64,000 nucleotides of DNA from Balanoglossus misakiensis. Its lineage: Eukaryota > Animalia > Hemichordata. The position numbers and the translations under genes were made by a program. Below the pieces are notes generated by a model, which saw only the letters and a program-made list of their open reading frames with translations, had not been told where the DNA came from and ran no database searches. The stretch spans positions 6,437,705-6,501,704 of the forward strand of contig CM082587.2 of NCBI GenBank assembly GCA_040954595.2, in the 5' to 3' direction. This document shows, piece by piece, positions 15,001-50,864 of the stretch (positions are counted from its first letter, which is position 1; the number at the start of each line of letters is the position of its first letter).

Positions 15001-15823
15001 ATAAATTAATCTGGACGGCCGGGTTTGTTTTATGATGACAAATGAGACAAAGAAAACATTTGAAATTCACGGAATGAGCATAAAACAAAGCTATTGTGTA
15101 GATTTCCCAGGCCATACAACAGAAATGCTACAAGTTAATACATGCAATTGAAATGAAAATTTAAATTACAAAAAAGCAATTAAATTATACCCATGCTGTA
15201 AAGTATTGCTAATAAAAAAAATTGCCAAATTTTCTTGTCACTTCCAGGCAATTTCTTTTGTTAGATTTTGCTACAAAATTATTATAACATTATTGCACCC
15301 CGTCGCTCTATGCGTGAGTCACGGCGCACGTTCAAAACAAAGAGATGCGGCTTTGCAGCAAACTAAATATGAAATTCTAATCGGATTTCACAACTTTCAA
15401 ATTACTTTTTTTCTCGCGTTCGATCATAATATAAATACCCAGGAAAATTGATTGATTAAAAAGGAAAGATTTTCTCAGCTCTTTGTGATTTCATATTGGT
15501 TTACTGTGATGTGATGTTCCGTATCTATTATGCAGATAACTGTCCTTAGCATTCGCCGGGTGATATGCCGTCTGCTGCTTTGATACACACACACACGCGT
15601 ACGTCATTGACAACAGAGACTTAAAAAATTGCCCATTCCGTGCAGTGACTTTTCCGGATAGCGTCCTCAAGACCGACCATGGTCACTGCTCGTGGCGAGC
15701 GCTTGTTAGTTCTGGCCATTCTCACCTCAGTCCATTGAAGAGCTGTTTCGACTTCTCAAGCAAATAGCAGAATTCCTGCACCACTTTCCGCTCCTCTTCG
15801 CCAACATGTTCGTGGTCAGCCAT
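1..15823 (-). CDS. SCAI: Protein SCAI (suppressor of cancer cell invasion), 5' six exons; gene runs off the left edge
   Basis: Exons (-): 15823-15726 MADHEHVGEEERKVVQEFCYLLEKSKQLFNGLR; 12421-12326 DLPQYGHKQWQSYFGRTFDVYTKLWKFQQQNR; 1680-1594 QSLDTRYGLKRWQIGEIASKIGQLYYHYY; 695-600 LRTSETNYLNESFSFYSAIRARAYYSKANKEG; 307-211 PELCVKKLRYYARFIVVCLLLRKIDLVRELIK; 66-1 ELNRQIEEYTSLYEPEDQLEWQ. All introns are GT-AG with consistent phases, and the peptide closely matches the vertebrate SCAI N-terminus. Confidence 0.96.
4219..4232. promoter_or_regulatory. Perfect palindromic RFX X-box in a GC-rich intronic patch
   Basis: GTTGCCATGGCAAC matches the RFX consensus GTNRCC(N0-3)RGYAAC. It lies in a CpG-richer patch (about 4150-4410) of SCAI intron 2. 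Function is inferred. Confidence 0.5.
8077..8185 (+). repeat. Compound (GAAT)n/(GAAC)n microsatellite
   Basis: tgaatgaatgaat...gaacgaacgaac...gaatgaat read directly. Confidence 0.95.
10549..10771. mobile_element. PIF/Harbinger-like MITE
   Basis: TIRs GGGGAGAACCATTTGATTT and AAATCAGATGGTTCTTCCC, flanked on both sides by TAA (10546-48, 10772-74). No coding capacity. Confidence 0.8.
13231..13656. mobile_element. Degenerate TTAA-flanked non-autonomous DNA element (AGCCCC...GGGGCT ends, Kolobok-like)
   Basis: ttcaAGCCCCTGTAG ... TTACTGGGGCTttaa. Same terminus family as 43688-43997; isolated termini also near 19052 and 31206. Confidence 0.5.
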
Positions 15824-16192
15824 CTTGTCTGCTATGTTGTGGGGATTGTGATTGTGTTCGTAGACAAGGCAATATCTGGGGTCGACTCTAGATGGCGCTA
15901 TATATAACAGCTCCAAATGACCTCAAAGCCACTTGACTTTGTTGTGTTTATAAAGTCCCTTTTGCAGTGACAAAAATCAAATGACTAGAGTCTGGAAATC
16001 ATCATCTTCATTAATGGTCACTTATTTTCATAATTACAAGTTTATGCACAAACTTTGACAAAAATAAAGAACACATTTTCAAGTTATGTTTAATGAAATC
16101 ATCATTTATTATCTAATCTGTAGACTGTCTGTACAAATGTATTTAAAATTATTGCGAAAGTTGCTTTATATTCAATAGTAATATAAACTGCT

Positions 16193-17048
16193 TCATTTTT
16201 CTGGTTCTCCTTGCTCTTCATCTTTCATCAGCCTCCACACTTCATCTTCAACCTGTTTTGCATACTGTTCCCCCAAAACTTCTTTTGGGGTCAATTCCAA
16301 GATGTCGTCCATTTTTACTGTTCTTGTCACCTCTTCGCCCTTTTCTGCCAGGATGTCTTCGATGTTCCTGCAAAAGGGAAGATGTTTGCAATTACAGAGA
16401 CATTCAGATCAAACGAAATATTCTTATGATGGTAGTAACATATGTGAAGCCTAAACCCCCTTTATTAATTTTCAAGTGTAAATTTGAAACGCAGTGAGAG
16501 GGACGCACGTACTCCTTTGTAGATTATTTTTTTATAGTAATTTTTTGTGTGCTTCAACGTCCACAGGTACAGGTTATAGTCATGACTGTCATCTACAGAT
16601 CTCACCTTTTGCCCTTCAAGTCACTGAACCAACCCAGGTTGTCTGCTATCAAGTGATTATTTCCGCATCCAGGACACGTTACTATGACAACACCTTTCTC
16701 ATATGCCAACTTGGAAATCGTTTTCACCGCTCTTACTTGGCAAACTTTACACGTGAAGACGAGCAATTTTTTGGCTTCAACCTTTCCTACTTGCGTTTTT
16801 TCGTCAGTTCTTTCGGTTTGTTCAACACTGTTCTTGTTAACATCACTGCAAAATGTTCTCACACTCTGTCCGTTGTAGTTTTGAGTCAGTGATGACCGGT
16901 AGCCGAATATCGGTTGTCTAGTCGTGGTCCCAGCGAACACCCTCAACTTCGCTTCCATAGGGCATTTTTGCAAATAAGTTGCATAGTTTTGACTATGAAT
17001 TGGCCTTCCGATTGATCTTAGAAACAAAACTGTGCGACTGGAGAACAT
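16193..17048 (-). CDS. DNLZ: DNL-type zinc finger protein (mitochondrial Hsp70 escort protein Hep1/Zim17)
   Basis: Exon 17048-16606: basic presequence-like N-terminus, then FTCKVC...[33 protein letters not shown] (zf-DNL). Exon 16367-16193: [14 protein letters not shown]...EPEK*. Confidence 0.95.
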
Positions 17049-17456
17049 GATCCCCGATTTAAACACCAAACACGAAGACACGTGGACTCGACTCTTCCTT
17101 CGCTTGGTAGACTGATGTGCGTGTGATGATGTTTTGATCAGGTGGGCGGGTTCAAAGGTTATTGAGCAGAAGACGGTGGTCAGCTGACATTACAAGAAGA
17201 CCCAACTGAGAATTCAAACCACGGCAACACAGTCTAGCTGGATCATGCCTCTTACACGCCAACAGACTGGGTGGCGAAGTGGACAACTCTCCCCCATGTC
17301 TCATAGCTTCGACAAACGTAATTTCCTCACTTTTTTACATCATGACCCACTCAGCTAGCCAAGCTCACGGCGCCCGTAGAGGGCTCCAGCAACACACAAC
17401 ACATTGCCTGATTGAAATCAGATTGCTTCAGTTGGGAACTAGGCCAGGAGCTCAAA
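17049..17456. promoter_or_regulatory. Bidirectional promoter and 5' UTRs of DNLZ and COQ4
   Basis: Divergent start codons about 410 bp apart; GC box GGGCGGG at about 17144. Confidence 0.6.
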
Positions 17457-19876
17457 ATGGCCTGCAAGATTGCCTGTCGCGGAGTGTCCGCTCTGAGAAA
17501 TGCACGGATTACACCCAGCAACATTGTACTTGTTAGATGTATAGCCAGTGGCTCCAATACGTCGATTCGGAAACACACCACCGAAGCTACAGCGTCAGCA
17601 GGTATACAGTGTACATGTATTTTTGTTCTTGTACAAGAACTTTGCTGCGTGGCACGACTCAAACTGATGCCCATCCATGCCCCTGGCACCAATCCGTGCA
17701 ATCAATAATAACATCGATGACGTGACCTAGTTAGAATGGCTTGTACATACTAGCACGGTTGCATAGCCTGTTTCTTGAAGGCCTGGGCTAACTCTTAACT
17801 TTAATGAACCAAGTCGTCTCGGCAATCACAATGTCTGAAAATGTAGATTTCAGGTGACTCTAAAGTGTCACAGATAACATCGGGCTGTTTGTGTCAGTGT
17901 TTGTTCAGTGATATCAAGCTCACGTGCCGCTAATTCATCAGCACATTGTTGATGATTTGTGTGAACTTTGGAGAAAAAAATATTGTCTTTAATGCTGATA
18001 AATTTGAACTACCGGTCATCTATGTCAGTAGAATATTTAACCATTAGGTGATACTATTGTTATTAACCCAAGGGCTTTTTTTTCAGAATCAGGCTCCGAA
18101 GATTCACTGGCCAAGTTCGAGAAAGAGTATAACAAATATCACATTCCGACATCCCTGCTGCAGAAAGCTGTACTTGGAGTTGGATCTACGGCCATGGCAT
18201 TTTACAACCAGTACAGACATGGTAATCCCAGTGGATAAAACCCACACATTTTGTCGATGAACAGAATACGGGGCAATTTATTATGCTTTCAGGAGTACAA
18301 AAAGACAGTGCTGTTGAAATACAGAATAAAAATGACAAGATATATTCAGGGAAAAGTTACAACAAATATCTGAACTAAACTTTAATTTTTGACTTGATGT
18401 GATGTGGAACAAGTACTCTTTTCTATGTAGATATGGTAGCTGTATCAGGTGAAACGACTGGTTACTTTACAATTCCAAGAATAAAACAGAAAATGCTGGC
18501 AGATCCCGTTGGCAGACAGATCCTTGCGTAAGTATAGCAGTGTTTTAACTGCAGAGATGGGGACAAAGTTTGCAGAAGGGGGCCACACTGGCATGTGAAT
18601 TAATCTTACATTGTGGAGAAATACTCTAAAGGCTTGAAGTAAAGATTAACAGACAGTACCAGCTGATCCCTACACCAGGATTTTAATCAGATTAGTACCC
18701 TGAAGTGGTATCATAATGTAAACACTGGGCAGGCCTGTCAGTTTGGGAGTTCGAATCCATTTTTGAAGACAGCACACTACTGAAACTGTGCAGTTCTACG
18801 CTCATTGTCAGATGAAAAACTCAATTCGAGCTATAGTTTGAGGACTTCGTTTCGAGTCATCTAAGATGTAGCTTTAGTGTTGCCTTTGCTTTAACCGTCT
18901 GTTCTATTTTTTTTTCCCATTCAGCGAGAAGCCAAGAATCAATTCAAGCATAATTGATCTTGACTATCTCAGAGGGCTTCCTTTGGGTACCTTTGGGAGA
19001 GACTATATCGACTTCATGGACAGATGTGTAAGTATAACGTTACAACCAACTGAAGCCCCAATAGCAGTCATTTTTGGGGCATTTTCATGATTTTATTTGA
19101 TCACGTCCGTAACATCACTATATTCTGCATCATCCTTCTGTAGAAAATCAGCATGGACACAAGGATGCCTGTGAAGTTCATTGACAACGTGGATGACGCG
19201 TACGTCATCCAGCGATACCGCGAAGTCCACGACTTCTGCCACTCTCTACTGGGCATGCCTACAAACTTCAAAGGCGAGGTTGTGGTCAAGTGGTACGAGT
19301 GGGTCCAGACGGGCTTGCCCATGTGTGGTCTGGCTGCGATACTAGCACCCATCAAGTTACCCATGAAGTAAGTTTTCAGGTGTTATAATCATTGCAAAGC
19401 AAGTATCATGAAGATAAAGTTCAGTGCCAGTAACAAAATTCAAACTGCACTGGCACACACTAAAAAAGGTTTCTCCCATAGGAGTAAAGTGGAAATCGAA
19501 ATATGTAATGTCGCCCTCTAGTGACTGGTTTGTGTGATTTTCATAGGCCATTTTACCATTATCCCAATACAGCCAATCGCAGCCAAGTCTCATTTCTCTG
19601 GAACGCTTGCCCCTCCATTAAAAGTTAAAGTACAAGAATAGAAGTCAATAGTGATATCTACTAGTGAAACTCTGAATTGTTAGTTTTCATTCACAATTGT
19701 GTTGTTCTTCTTTCAGTGAAAGGATTGATCTGACCAGAGACCACATTAGTTGGGCAGTGAAGACTGCCCTCACGTCCAAGTACTACATGAATGTTTACTT
19801 CGAGAAACACTTCGAGCAACCACTGGAAGAATTCCGGAGAGAATTGGGCATTGGAACGCCACCAGTCCTGGAATAA
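17457..19876 (+). CDS. COQ4: Ubiquinone biosynthesis protein COQ4, mitochondrial
   Basis: Exons 17457-17601, 18087-18221 ([16 protein letters not shown]), 18431-18527 ([11 protein letters not shown]...DPVGRQIL), 18925-19027 (EKPRINS...LPLGTFG), 19144-19367 ([42 protein letters not shown], HDxxH motif), 19717-19876 ([22 protein letters not shown]...*). The first exon and start codon are less certain. Confidence 0.93.
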
Positions 19877-20840
19877 GACATTTGCGCAGGGCATCAGTTT
19901 GTGCAATTTTTAAAGACGCCTTTCTATACAGACCCCACCCTTTTTGTTGAACTGGATTTTAATCTGCCATACTGCCATGGCAACAGTAAATTGCTGTTTG
20001 ACCATTGGGTAGTCTTCATTTATATATTTGAGTCATTAATTTTCTCATAACTTTTAAACAAAATTGCATCTGCAGTCAAGCATATGTGCAGCAGTTGTCA
20101 CATTTTTGCAGAGGACAGACAGACAGACACACACACAGATTCCAGCTGACCACAGAAGCTCCCAATAGTATATATTCATATACACATTGGAGCTAAAAAT
20201 AACACCAAAAAGTAATGTGAACCCTTGGTAGGTATGCATGTTCTTTAATGTGAAAGTTTTGAGGATAAAGTCCAATTTTGCTGAATATTATAACACAATA
20301 CTGAGACTGAGTAGATTTACAATAAAGGACCAATCAGTGACCTCTAACACTCCTAGTCAACCCCACATAACAGAGAGCAGACAGACGTGTATTTTTTTGT
20401 CACTCAGACTTTTATCTCAGCAGTCTGATTTACAGTTAAATAGTGAATTATAAAATTCTGCGCTACAATCCATTTGTATTTCAGTGTTTTCACTCTACGA
20501 TGTCCCCCCTCCCCTCCCCCCTCCACTGAAGTGTCTAGTACTGTGGTCCAGTTCGTTAATAATGCCATGATTGACAGCTGAATGTACGACATTTGCATAA
20601 ATTACAACATTCTGCATTTAAAAAAATGTGCATGTATAAAATGTAATCCCAGAATTCTTTCACTGCCCTGTTGGCTTTTCCGGTGGCAAAAAAGGGAGTG
20701 AAATTGGTCGTCGCCCCAGTAGCAAAAGGAAAGGATTTAACAGTGCAGTATGTCAGTGACATGAAACTCAACATGGTGTTACACAGAATAAAGGCCCTAA
20801 ATTCTCTAATCCACACCACTATGACATCAATGTTCAGGCC

Positions 20841-20933
20841 TTAACCCTTTCACCCCCAGTTCCCTCTTTAGAGGTCCAACCTTACCATAGAAAACAATGG
20901 GTTTGGACTGAACCATGGTGGTGAAAGGGTGAA
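20841..20933. mobile_element. About 90-bp piggyBac-like MITE, copy 1
   Basis: TTAA-CCCTTTCACC...GGTGAAAGGG-TGAA; near-identical to the copies at 34016 and 39178. Confidence 0.8.
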
Positions 20934-23420
20934 ACGTTTGGAAGAGTGACTGGGCAGAAGAATCTGGTCTCACAACAATAAATAACTATGAGCATGACGA
21001 CAACGATTGCTTGGGGTTGGAACTTTTCACACTGAGCTGCATAGCTTCGTTTAAATATTAGTGTTGAATAAAAATGGTCTCCCACTTGCTCGGTTATTCT
21101 GTATTTAGTATATCCAAAATATCAGAACACGGAAACAATTCCGAAACTTCTGCTGGTTTGCGGTGAAATCAGACGACCACAGCCAAATTTGCCACTGAAC
21201 TAAGATGAACAAAAGTCATCTAAACCCTCCCACAACTGTGATGTGGTCTTTTCTCATTGCCTTCAAAGGGAAAGTTGGACCTATCCATTAGGTAAAAGGG
21301 CGAGGGATTAAAACATTAAAAAAATTATCCTGGTGGAGTTTCGCCAATAATTAATCTGTACATGGTAAGCACTTATACACTGGGTAAAGCCAGCTTACAT
21401 TAGACATTTTACATTGAATAAGAAGTTATCTGAACATTTAAGAAAATCACAAACGATCATTTTAAAAAAATTGTCAGTATTGCATGGCAGCATATCATAC
21501 ACATCTTCACAAGCTTTGGGTGACACAAATTTATATGCGATAATTGTCAAATTATTTTTTACTTCTACAAATTCTGTCAAAACTGACACTGTGACAAAAT
21601 AAACAATGTGTTTACTGGTTTTCCCCCCTTCTGAATTTCTAGTCGTTGGTATGACAAAATCATGCTTCATGAATAAAGCTATAAATACACAGTATATGCT
21701 TTGCACAAGCATTATTTACTGAACACACAGAAATTCAACATACTATTTCAAACTCGCCATTAAAAAAAGTGCTTTAGTTTAATTTCTTGTTGACTATCAA
21801 ATATCTGATAAATACTAAAATAACTCCCGACTTGTCAACTTTTATTGAATTTATCCTTTTGTTTTTAATTTCAAACCCTCTGGAAGAAAATTGTTATGCA
21901 AATAGTGAAACCAATTTTGCTATGACCCCGTAATTGAAAGTATACTTTGACGAAGAAATAATGATCAACCAATATTTTGCAAATTGTCTGGACGAGAGAA
22001 ATTTTCCAGGACTTTTCAGGATTAATCGTAAATTCCAGGAATTTCCAAGAGAGCAGGCAATTCCTGAATTACACCAAGACAATAACTTTCAAGGCAACTT
22101 CAAATACTGGGATATATTTTAATAACATTTGATCAATTACATGTACAGCCATAGCAGTATGAGTAAAATGGTTTCACTATTCACATCTTATTGATTTTGA
22201 TATTTTTATATTCATAGGCTTTGCAGCAAAGGGACTGCATTCGTAGATTGGTACTGTGAAACAAAAGTCAACAGAGATTTATTTGAATTTGTTTGGGTTC
22301 TATAGAAATGTTTAGACCAAGAAAACCCCAACCAAATCCCTAAATTTTCTTTAAAAAAATTTCAATTCATATTATCCGGTATTTACCAATGTGTACCCGA
22401 CTGAATATATTGTATGAATACATTTCAAGGGTAAAAAATTTTCATTTTTCTCAAATTTGTCGTATTTCTGTGATTATACAACTCCATGAGAATACATGTG
22501 CCCATACGCATTCTAATCTGGTGGTACAATTTGGCATGCAATGTACATTTCTGTTTGTTGGACATCGAACAGCCAATCAGTGATAGAATCTGTGATAGCC
22601 TTCATCTCTCCATGCTCTTGAAAGAAGCAATGTGATTGGTTTATCTGATCTGGTTCAGCTTGGTCTCTTTCCCAGATGTACAGAACACAACTTAAGTGGT
22701 TGTTATTAAAATCAGAGCTCAATTTTTGTTCAGAAATTATTTTACAATTTTTTTGAGTATCAACTGTAGCTTTTATTCACTCCAAGTATTTCAGGCACTG
22801 GGATGAGAATTAAATTTTGGTGGTACATATTGGTCTGCACAAATTTAAGTTTTGTATACCTTTGCTTGTTCACTGTCTAATTGAGACCCAAACTTCAGTG
22901 TTGTGCGCATTGGGTTGAAGAACATGCATGGACATGACAAAAAGAGTACATTGTGTGCGATTTTAATGAACACCACACAAAATGGTGTAATCACTCCCCC
23001 TTTTTTAAAATATGAACGATCAGAGATGGGTAAATTCACTATCAGTGTTTTTAAAAAAATTCATTTTGACCCCTGAACCCCTCCCTTTTATAAAATTATC
23101 TGAACAGGTGAATATTGCAAAATAACTTTCCAAAACACTTTGGACAAAATTGCAACAATGCCATGTAAATGTTGGACTGATCATCCGGCTTTTATATAAA
23201 GAAATGTTTTGTGACTAAAAACCAACTGGCAGAAATACAACTGGTGAAATCTACGGACTTCTCACTCAGTTAAAAAAAATGATTTTGACGGATCGTGAAA
23301 TAATATAAGAATGAGGTATATCAACATAAAACAATGGGGGAATATTAAACTTTCTGGTCAATGTAATGTCTGAAGCAATTATATCATACTGAGAAAAAAA
23401 ATTAAACAAAAAATTGTCAG

Positions 23421-28642
<5,222 letters not shown>

Positions 28643-28915
28643 CCGCTGCACGTCAGGGAGCGTTGACAGTGGCCAGACGACGCGGAAAAATGAGAAAAAA
28701 TGGTGAAAAACGATGTCAAAGAATCACCGAGTGAGAGAAACCTGCTGTTCTTGCTGACACCGAGGGCGGTCAACTACACGTGTTTAGTGGAAATCAACAC
28801 CGACCAATCAGATCGCCAGAAGTTGTTTACGGCCCCGCCCACCTGCCGGTAAGTTTAAATGCAATCGCCAACGCCGCCGTATTCTCTTACAGCTGCTCCG
28901 CTGACAAAGATGGCA
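28643..28915. promoter_or_regulatory. CpG-rich ZMYND19 promoter, possibly bidirectional
   Basis: CCAAT box at about 28804, GC box GGCCCCGCCC at 28831, YY1-like AAGATGGC at about 28907. Confidence 0.55.
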
Positions 28916-29862
28916 GATGTTGGCTTCAAAAACAGCAGACGATGATTGCCTTCCATAGCGACAGCGAGCACATCAGCTCAGTTTTTATAGTCGGCACCGT
29001 CGCGCGCGTCGCCGTCATATTATCCGTGCGATTTGTGGACATAGTGGAGACAGGGAAAATTCTACAGACGATGTCGGGTTCATACATTATCGATAGATCA
29101 CGCACAAAATGTAAAACAGGGCCGTGTTTTGCAAATGCTTTATATTCATGTGATGTAGTGGGTTTATTGTGTGCAGGCGGATTGCACGGTTGTATTAGCA
29201 TTACCATGGTCACGGCCGCCACGTATTGTTGTTCGGGGTGTAGACCTTAACAGAAAATTAATAAGTAAATCAGTAGGCCTAATTTGGGTGCATTTTGTAT
29301 TTTGGGATGAAATGTGTATTGAAATAATTAATGTTTTCAGTGATGGTTGGGAGACAGTAAAAACTGACTAATATAGGCCTACTAGTATCCCAGACAATGA
29401 ACTTGGTGCCTTGATTTTATGTTCTGCCAAACCATTGAATAAACGGCCTTTAATAAATGCATACATACTGCAGGCAGATCCCATCAATAGTAAAATAATA
29501 GTGACTTTACTATATATGTTAAAATTGTCAGTGTTTCTAGTGGAAGGCTTTGTTCAAGACTGGGTTTGACTGATCTGGTGTGATTTTCTGGCAGGTAGTT
29601 GTCTTTAACATGCAGATTTCTGGACTGACGCCAACCTGGGGGACGAGGGGAGATTTCCACAGAAGCACACAATGCTGATTATTATAGGAGACAGAAATGA
29701 AAGCAGAACACGAATAGATTTTGAGGGAGCTGCTGTCCATGGGAAAAATCACAGAGTAGAAAAGGGGCCAGAATTTTGATGTTTTAGTGCATATACACAC
29801 AAAGGGGCGCTCGCCGAAACTGCTGCCTGGTCGTCGTGGCAACCGATGTGATTAACTGATTA

Positions 29863-30507
29863 GGGAGCATTCGTTTTTTACAGGGAGGGGGGGGCCGGTG
29901 GAATTTGAGTCGCCGACTAAATGTAAAAGGCAACCCCCCCTGGAAATTACTTTTCTAAAATGTGACCCCCCCCCCAAAAAAAAAAAGTTTATCCACCGGA
30001 TTAAACTTATCAAACTTTGGCAGATATTGGTGTATGTTCGACATACCACATTGAAGGGGGTGGGTTTGGGAGGGGGTGTCCCCCTCCCACGTAAGAAAAT
30101 TTTATAACATACAGAGCTCAAAGCTGCATTTTAATGAACCCAGCAAAAGCAAATTAACGTCGCCGCTCAAAGTTATCATGGGGTGGGGGCAAGTCCCCGG
30201 ACCTGGGACGCTAGATAAACCAGTCAATGATTGAAAGGTGTTGATGAATGAAGGGGGTGAGTGTGGGAGGGGGTGTCCCCCTCCCACATTAGAAAATTTT
30301 GTAAAATAAAGGACGCGAAACTGCATTTTTGTGGACTCAAAATAAGTATTTAGCCGTCAATGTTTTCAAGTCCCCCCCCCCCTTTCAGTCCCTATATAAT
30401 AATCCCTTGATTATAAAATTTGTCCCCCCCTAAAAACTGCTTTGTAAAAGTAAACCCCCCCCTGATTTCCACCGGCCCCCCCCTCCCTGTAAAAAACGAA
30501 TGCTCCC
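29863..30507. mobile_element. 645-bp PIF/Harbinger-like MITE with long TIRs
   Basis: About 40-bp TIRs GGGAGCATTCGTTTTTTACAGGGAGGGGGGGGCCGGTGGAA and TTCCACCGGCCCCCCCCTCCCTGTAAAAAACGAATGCTCCC. TTA target-site duplication at 29860-62 and 30508-10. Internal duplication GGGAGGGGGTGTCCCC(C)TCCCAC at about 30068 and 30266. Confidence 0.92.
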
Positions 30508-33108
30508 TTAGCCAGATGGAATTTGTGCCGTGCCAGCATTTACCAAGGGAATTACCTGTAGACGGAACGTAGCCTTCAGTCAAACATGCCTAGGACTTTA
30601 GCATGCACATAAAACGTACAAATCTCTCTGCTTTTAGCAGGAAGAAAGCCAGTGGTCTGCCTTTACTGTAAAAAAACTGAGGGTTTAGCAATTTTTTTTC
30701 TTAAAGAAGATCCTAAAATGCCATGAAAAAATAAAGACAACAGGCGGATTTTGTTCAATACTGTATGATATAATATTTCTATTACATGTAGTTAATATAT
30801 CTGCGTTAACCAATGCACCATCTTACAGTACTATGAGAAGATTATGAACAATTTCCGCAAAATGACTGATTTCGCAGCTTCACTGATTTCTCGGCTTCGG
30901 ACACCATTGGGAGAGTCCCTAGCCTGATGGTTTTAATCGGGGTCACCAGGTCAAAGAGCACTGTAGCCTGATGGTAGAAAAGACATTTCAATATACTGCC
31001 CTCTATAGACACAGAATTGTAGATAAGTCACCAGATTTCAGTCCAGGGTTCACTAGGTTCCATTTTCAAGGCCATATAGATATAATTCCATGTTGTATAA
31101 CCTAGCCTTTTGGATTTCATGAAAAAACTTTTTCTTACAAACAAGTCATTGTAAACGATGTAGTCCCCACTAGACTAAACTGTCATTTTGCCATGCTAAG
31201 GAGCATTAAAGCCCCATGAGCTGGGGATAATTATCATGAAATTTATTTTTAAAGCAGGGTTTTTCGCACAGCCAGATCACACATTACATAACACAAAAAC
31301 ATACACACAGCCAAGTGACACGACCAACATCACAATCAATAATGTATTGTTTTATCTTTTATTGCTTTTTTCTCTGTTGTACACATCACATCTTACAAAG
31401 ACATCACGTTTCTGGGTTAATTTTTTTTTTACAACTTTCAGAACTCATTTCTGACAAAAATTACAATGTTTCCAGTGATTTTGAAATTCAGAGCAACATG
31501 GAAGTCTCCTCATAACCCCACCCCACCTCCATCCAACCCATAATTTCCATAAAATTATTGGGTCATACCAAGTTACAAGAATTCCTGATATACAATTAAA
31601 TAATTGTAATATATCTGTTGAAGTTTATCAATAACTTGTGCCTGTTCTCATCTGCCGGCTCATATGGTGTTTGTCATTATACAGAGTAAACTTCAATTTA
31701 CATTATGACCAGTTACCCCATTGTAGTACATGTATGTTAAATACCAATGTGGAATCCAAGACCTGTGATAGAATTTCTCAGATGAGTAAATGGGCAAGTA
31801 TTGTCAATAAAAATGGAATTAGAAAACAATGTAAATACACGATCATTGTCGGTGAACAGCTGGTGCGCCCTCTATGTCAGCGTCAGATGCCCCTGTAGTG
31901 CACCCCTTGCGCCAATATCGTGTACATGCTGCAGCAATGATTGCGCACTGTCTTTGTACACTATGACTAAACGTGGAGGAAAAATGTTGCTTGATTTCAC
32001 TAAGCTTGACCAAAGAATGCTGTTATCTGCCAATAAACATTATCTCTGTAGGAATGTACCAGTTTGTAACACTTAAACTGTTACGACACAAGAAAGATAC
32101 AGTCTGTGTCGAAGAGTTTGGGCACATTTCTCAATGGCATACCCCATTTCAAACTAAAACTCTGAAGGCGTGGAGACAGACTATCTCTTTCATTATGCCC
32201 CCTTTCAAGGCAAAATACCCACGGTTCATAATCTGACACAGACTGGCATTAGTCCTGTTTCCGTGTCTCTCAAAATCTTGCATCGTGGACACTACAAGCA
32301 CAAGCACTTGTCTGACACGTAGACATTACATCACATTCAGTTCACAGGGCGTGACTTTTTAAAAAATATTGCTTCATTGGTGTTTCGCTACCTAAATACG
32401 GCCATCAGTGGCAACACGACGAAAGCCTCGATCGGCGATTCCCTTGCGGAACTACACTCCCCCAGACACAGCTACGAAAATGACCCAGTTAACCTAAGTA
32501 CAGCTCCAAACATGGCACACTATTAATTTACATTTTCCACAACAGAAACCAAGACTGACCAAACACAGGGAAAGCAGGGCACATGGATCACAGCTGTCTT
32601 TTTATATAAGATTATTTTTTACATCACAGTTAAGCCATTTACACGCAACGTTTGGATATCTCTGCCTTTTTATAATTTCACCTACGTTCCCTTGCACCAC
32701 CTGAACTAGCTACATCTACTGACTCTGCTACGAAACTACTTTTCCAAACACTAAAAATCACAGGGGTGTACGTGCATGGTCAAATCGTATCTCGGCTAAA
32801 ACACTGGTGGGCAAATCACTTCCACATATCAAAGTTTATGAAAAGATGTCTCGCTAGTAACCAGGTGATTAGAAACGTATCCACAGCACGTGTTCTGGAC
32901 AGGAAAGGATAGGCACCGTTCTCAAAAAATACTAACCACACCTTCTATCTAAAGTCAAAATACCAATCTCTCTCAGTCAAGAAAAACAGAAAAAACATCA
33001 GAATATAGACAGGCTCAAAATTTGTACATTTGATAAAATCTAGGACTTCTGTATCTGTGGTGTGATATCCTCATCAAGCGACCTACTATTAGAATGTCTG
33101 TGATTATC

Positions 33109-50700
<17,592 letters not shown>

Positions 50701-50825
50701 TTTGGTAGCTGTCACGACATCGACGAACTAATATGGAAGAGTATAATGCGACGGTTCTCGTCTAAACTGGCGTCGAAATTCAATGAGTGGTACGATGCAG
50801 AAAGACGAAAATGGCCGGTTGTAGT

Positions 50826-50864
50826 GGGCATGCGCTATTTCTGGTGGATCAAAGCGCATGCGTA
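50826..50864. promoter_or_regulatory. Two NRF1-like motifs upstream of dynamin
   Basis: GGGCATGCGC and AGCGCATGCGTA, about 130-160 bp upstream of the dynamin ATG (NRF1 consensus GCGCATGCGC). Confidence 0.45.

Noticed and set aside
18740-18765. B-box-like GAGTTCGAATCC
   Set aside because: No A-box or cloverleaf around it; not a tRNA.
30191-30207. AAGTCCCCGGACCT resembling part of RNase MRP RNA
   Set aside because: It lies inside a MITE, and no matching 3' P4 strand was seen.
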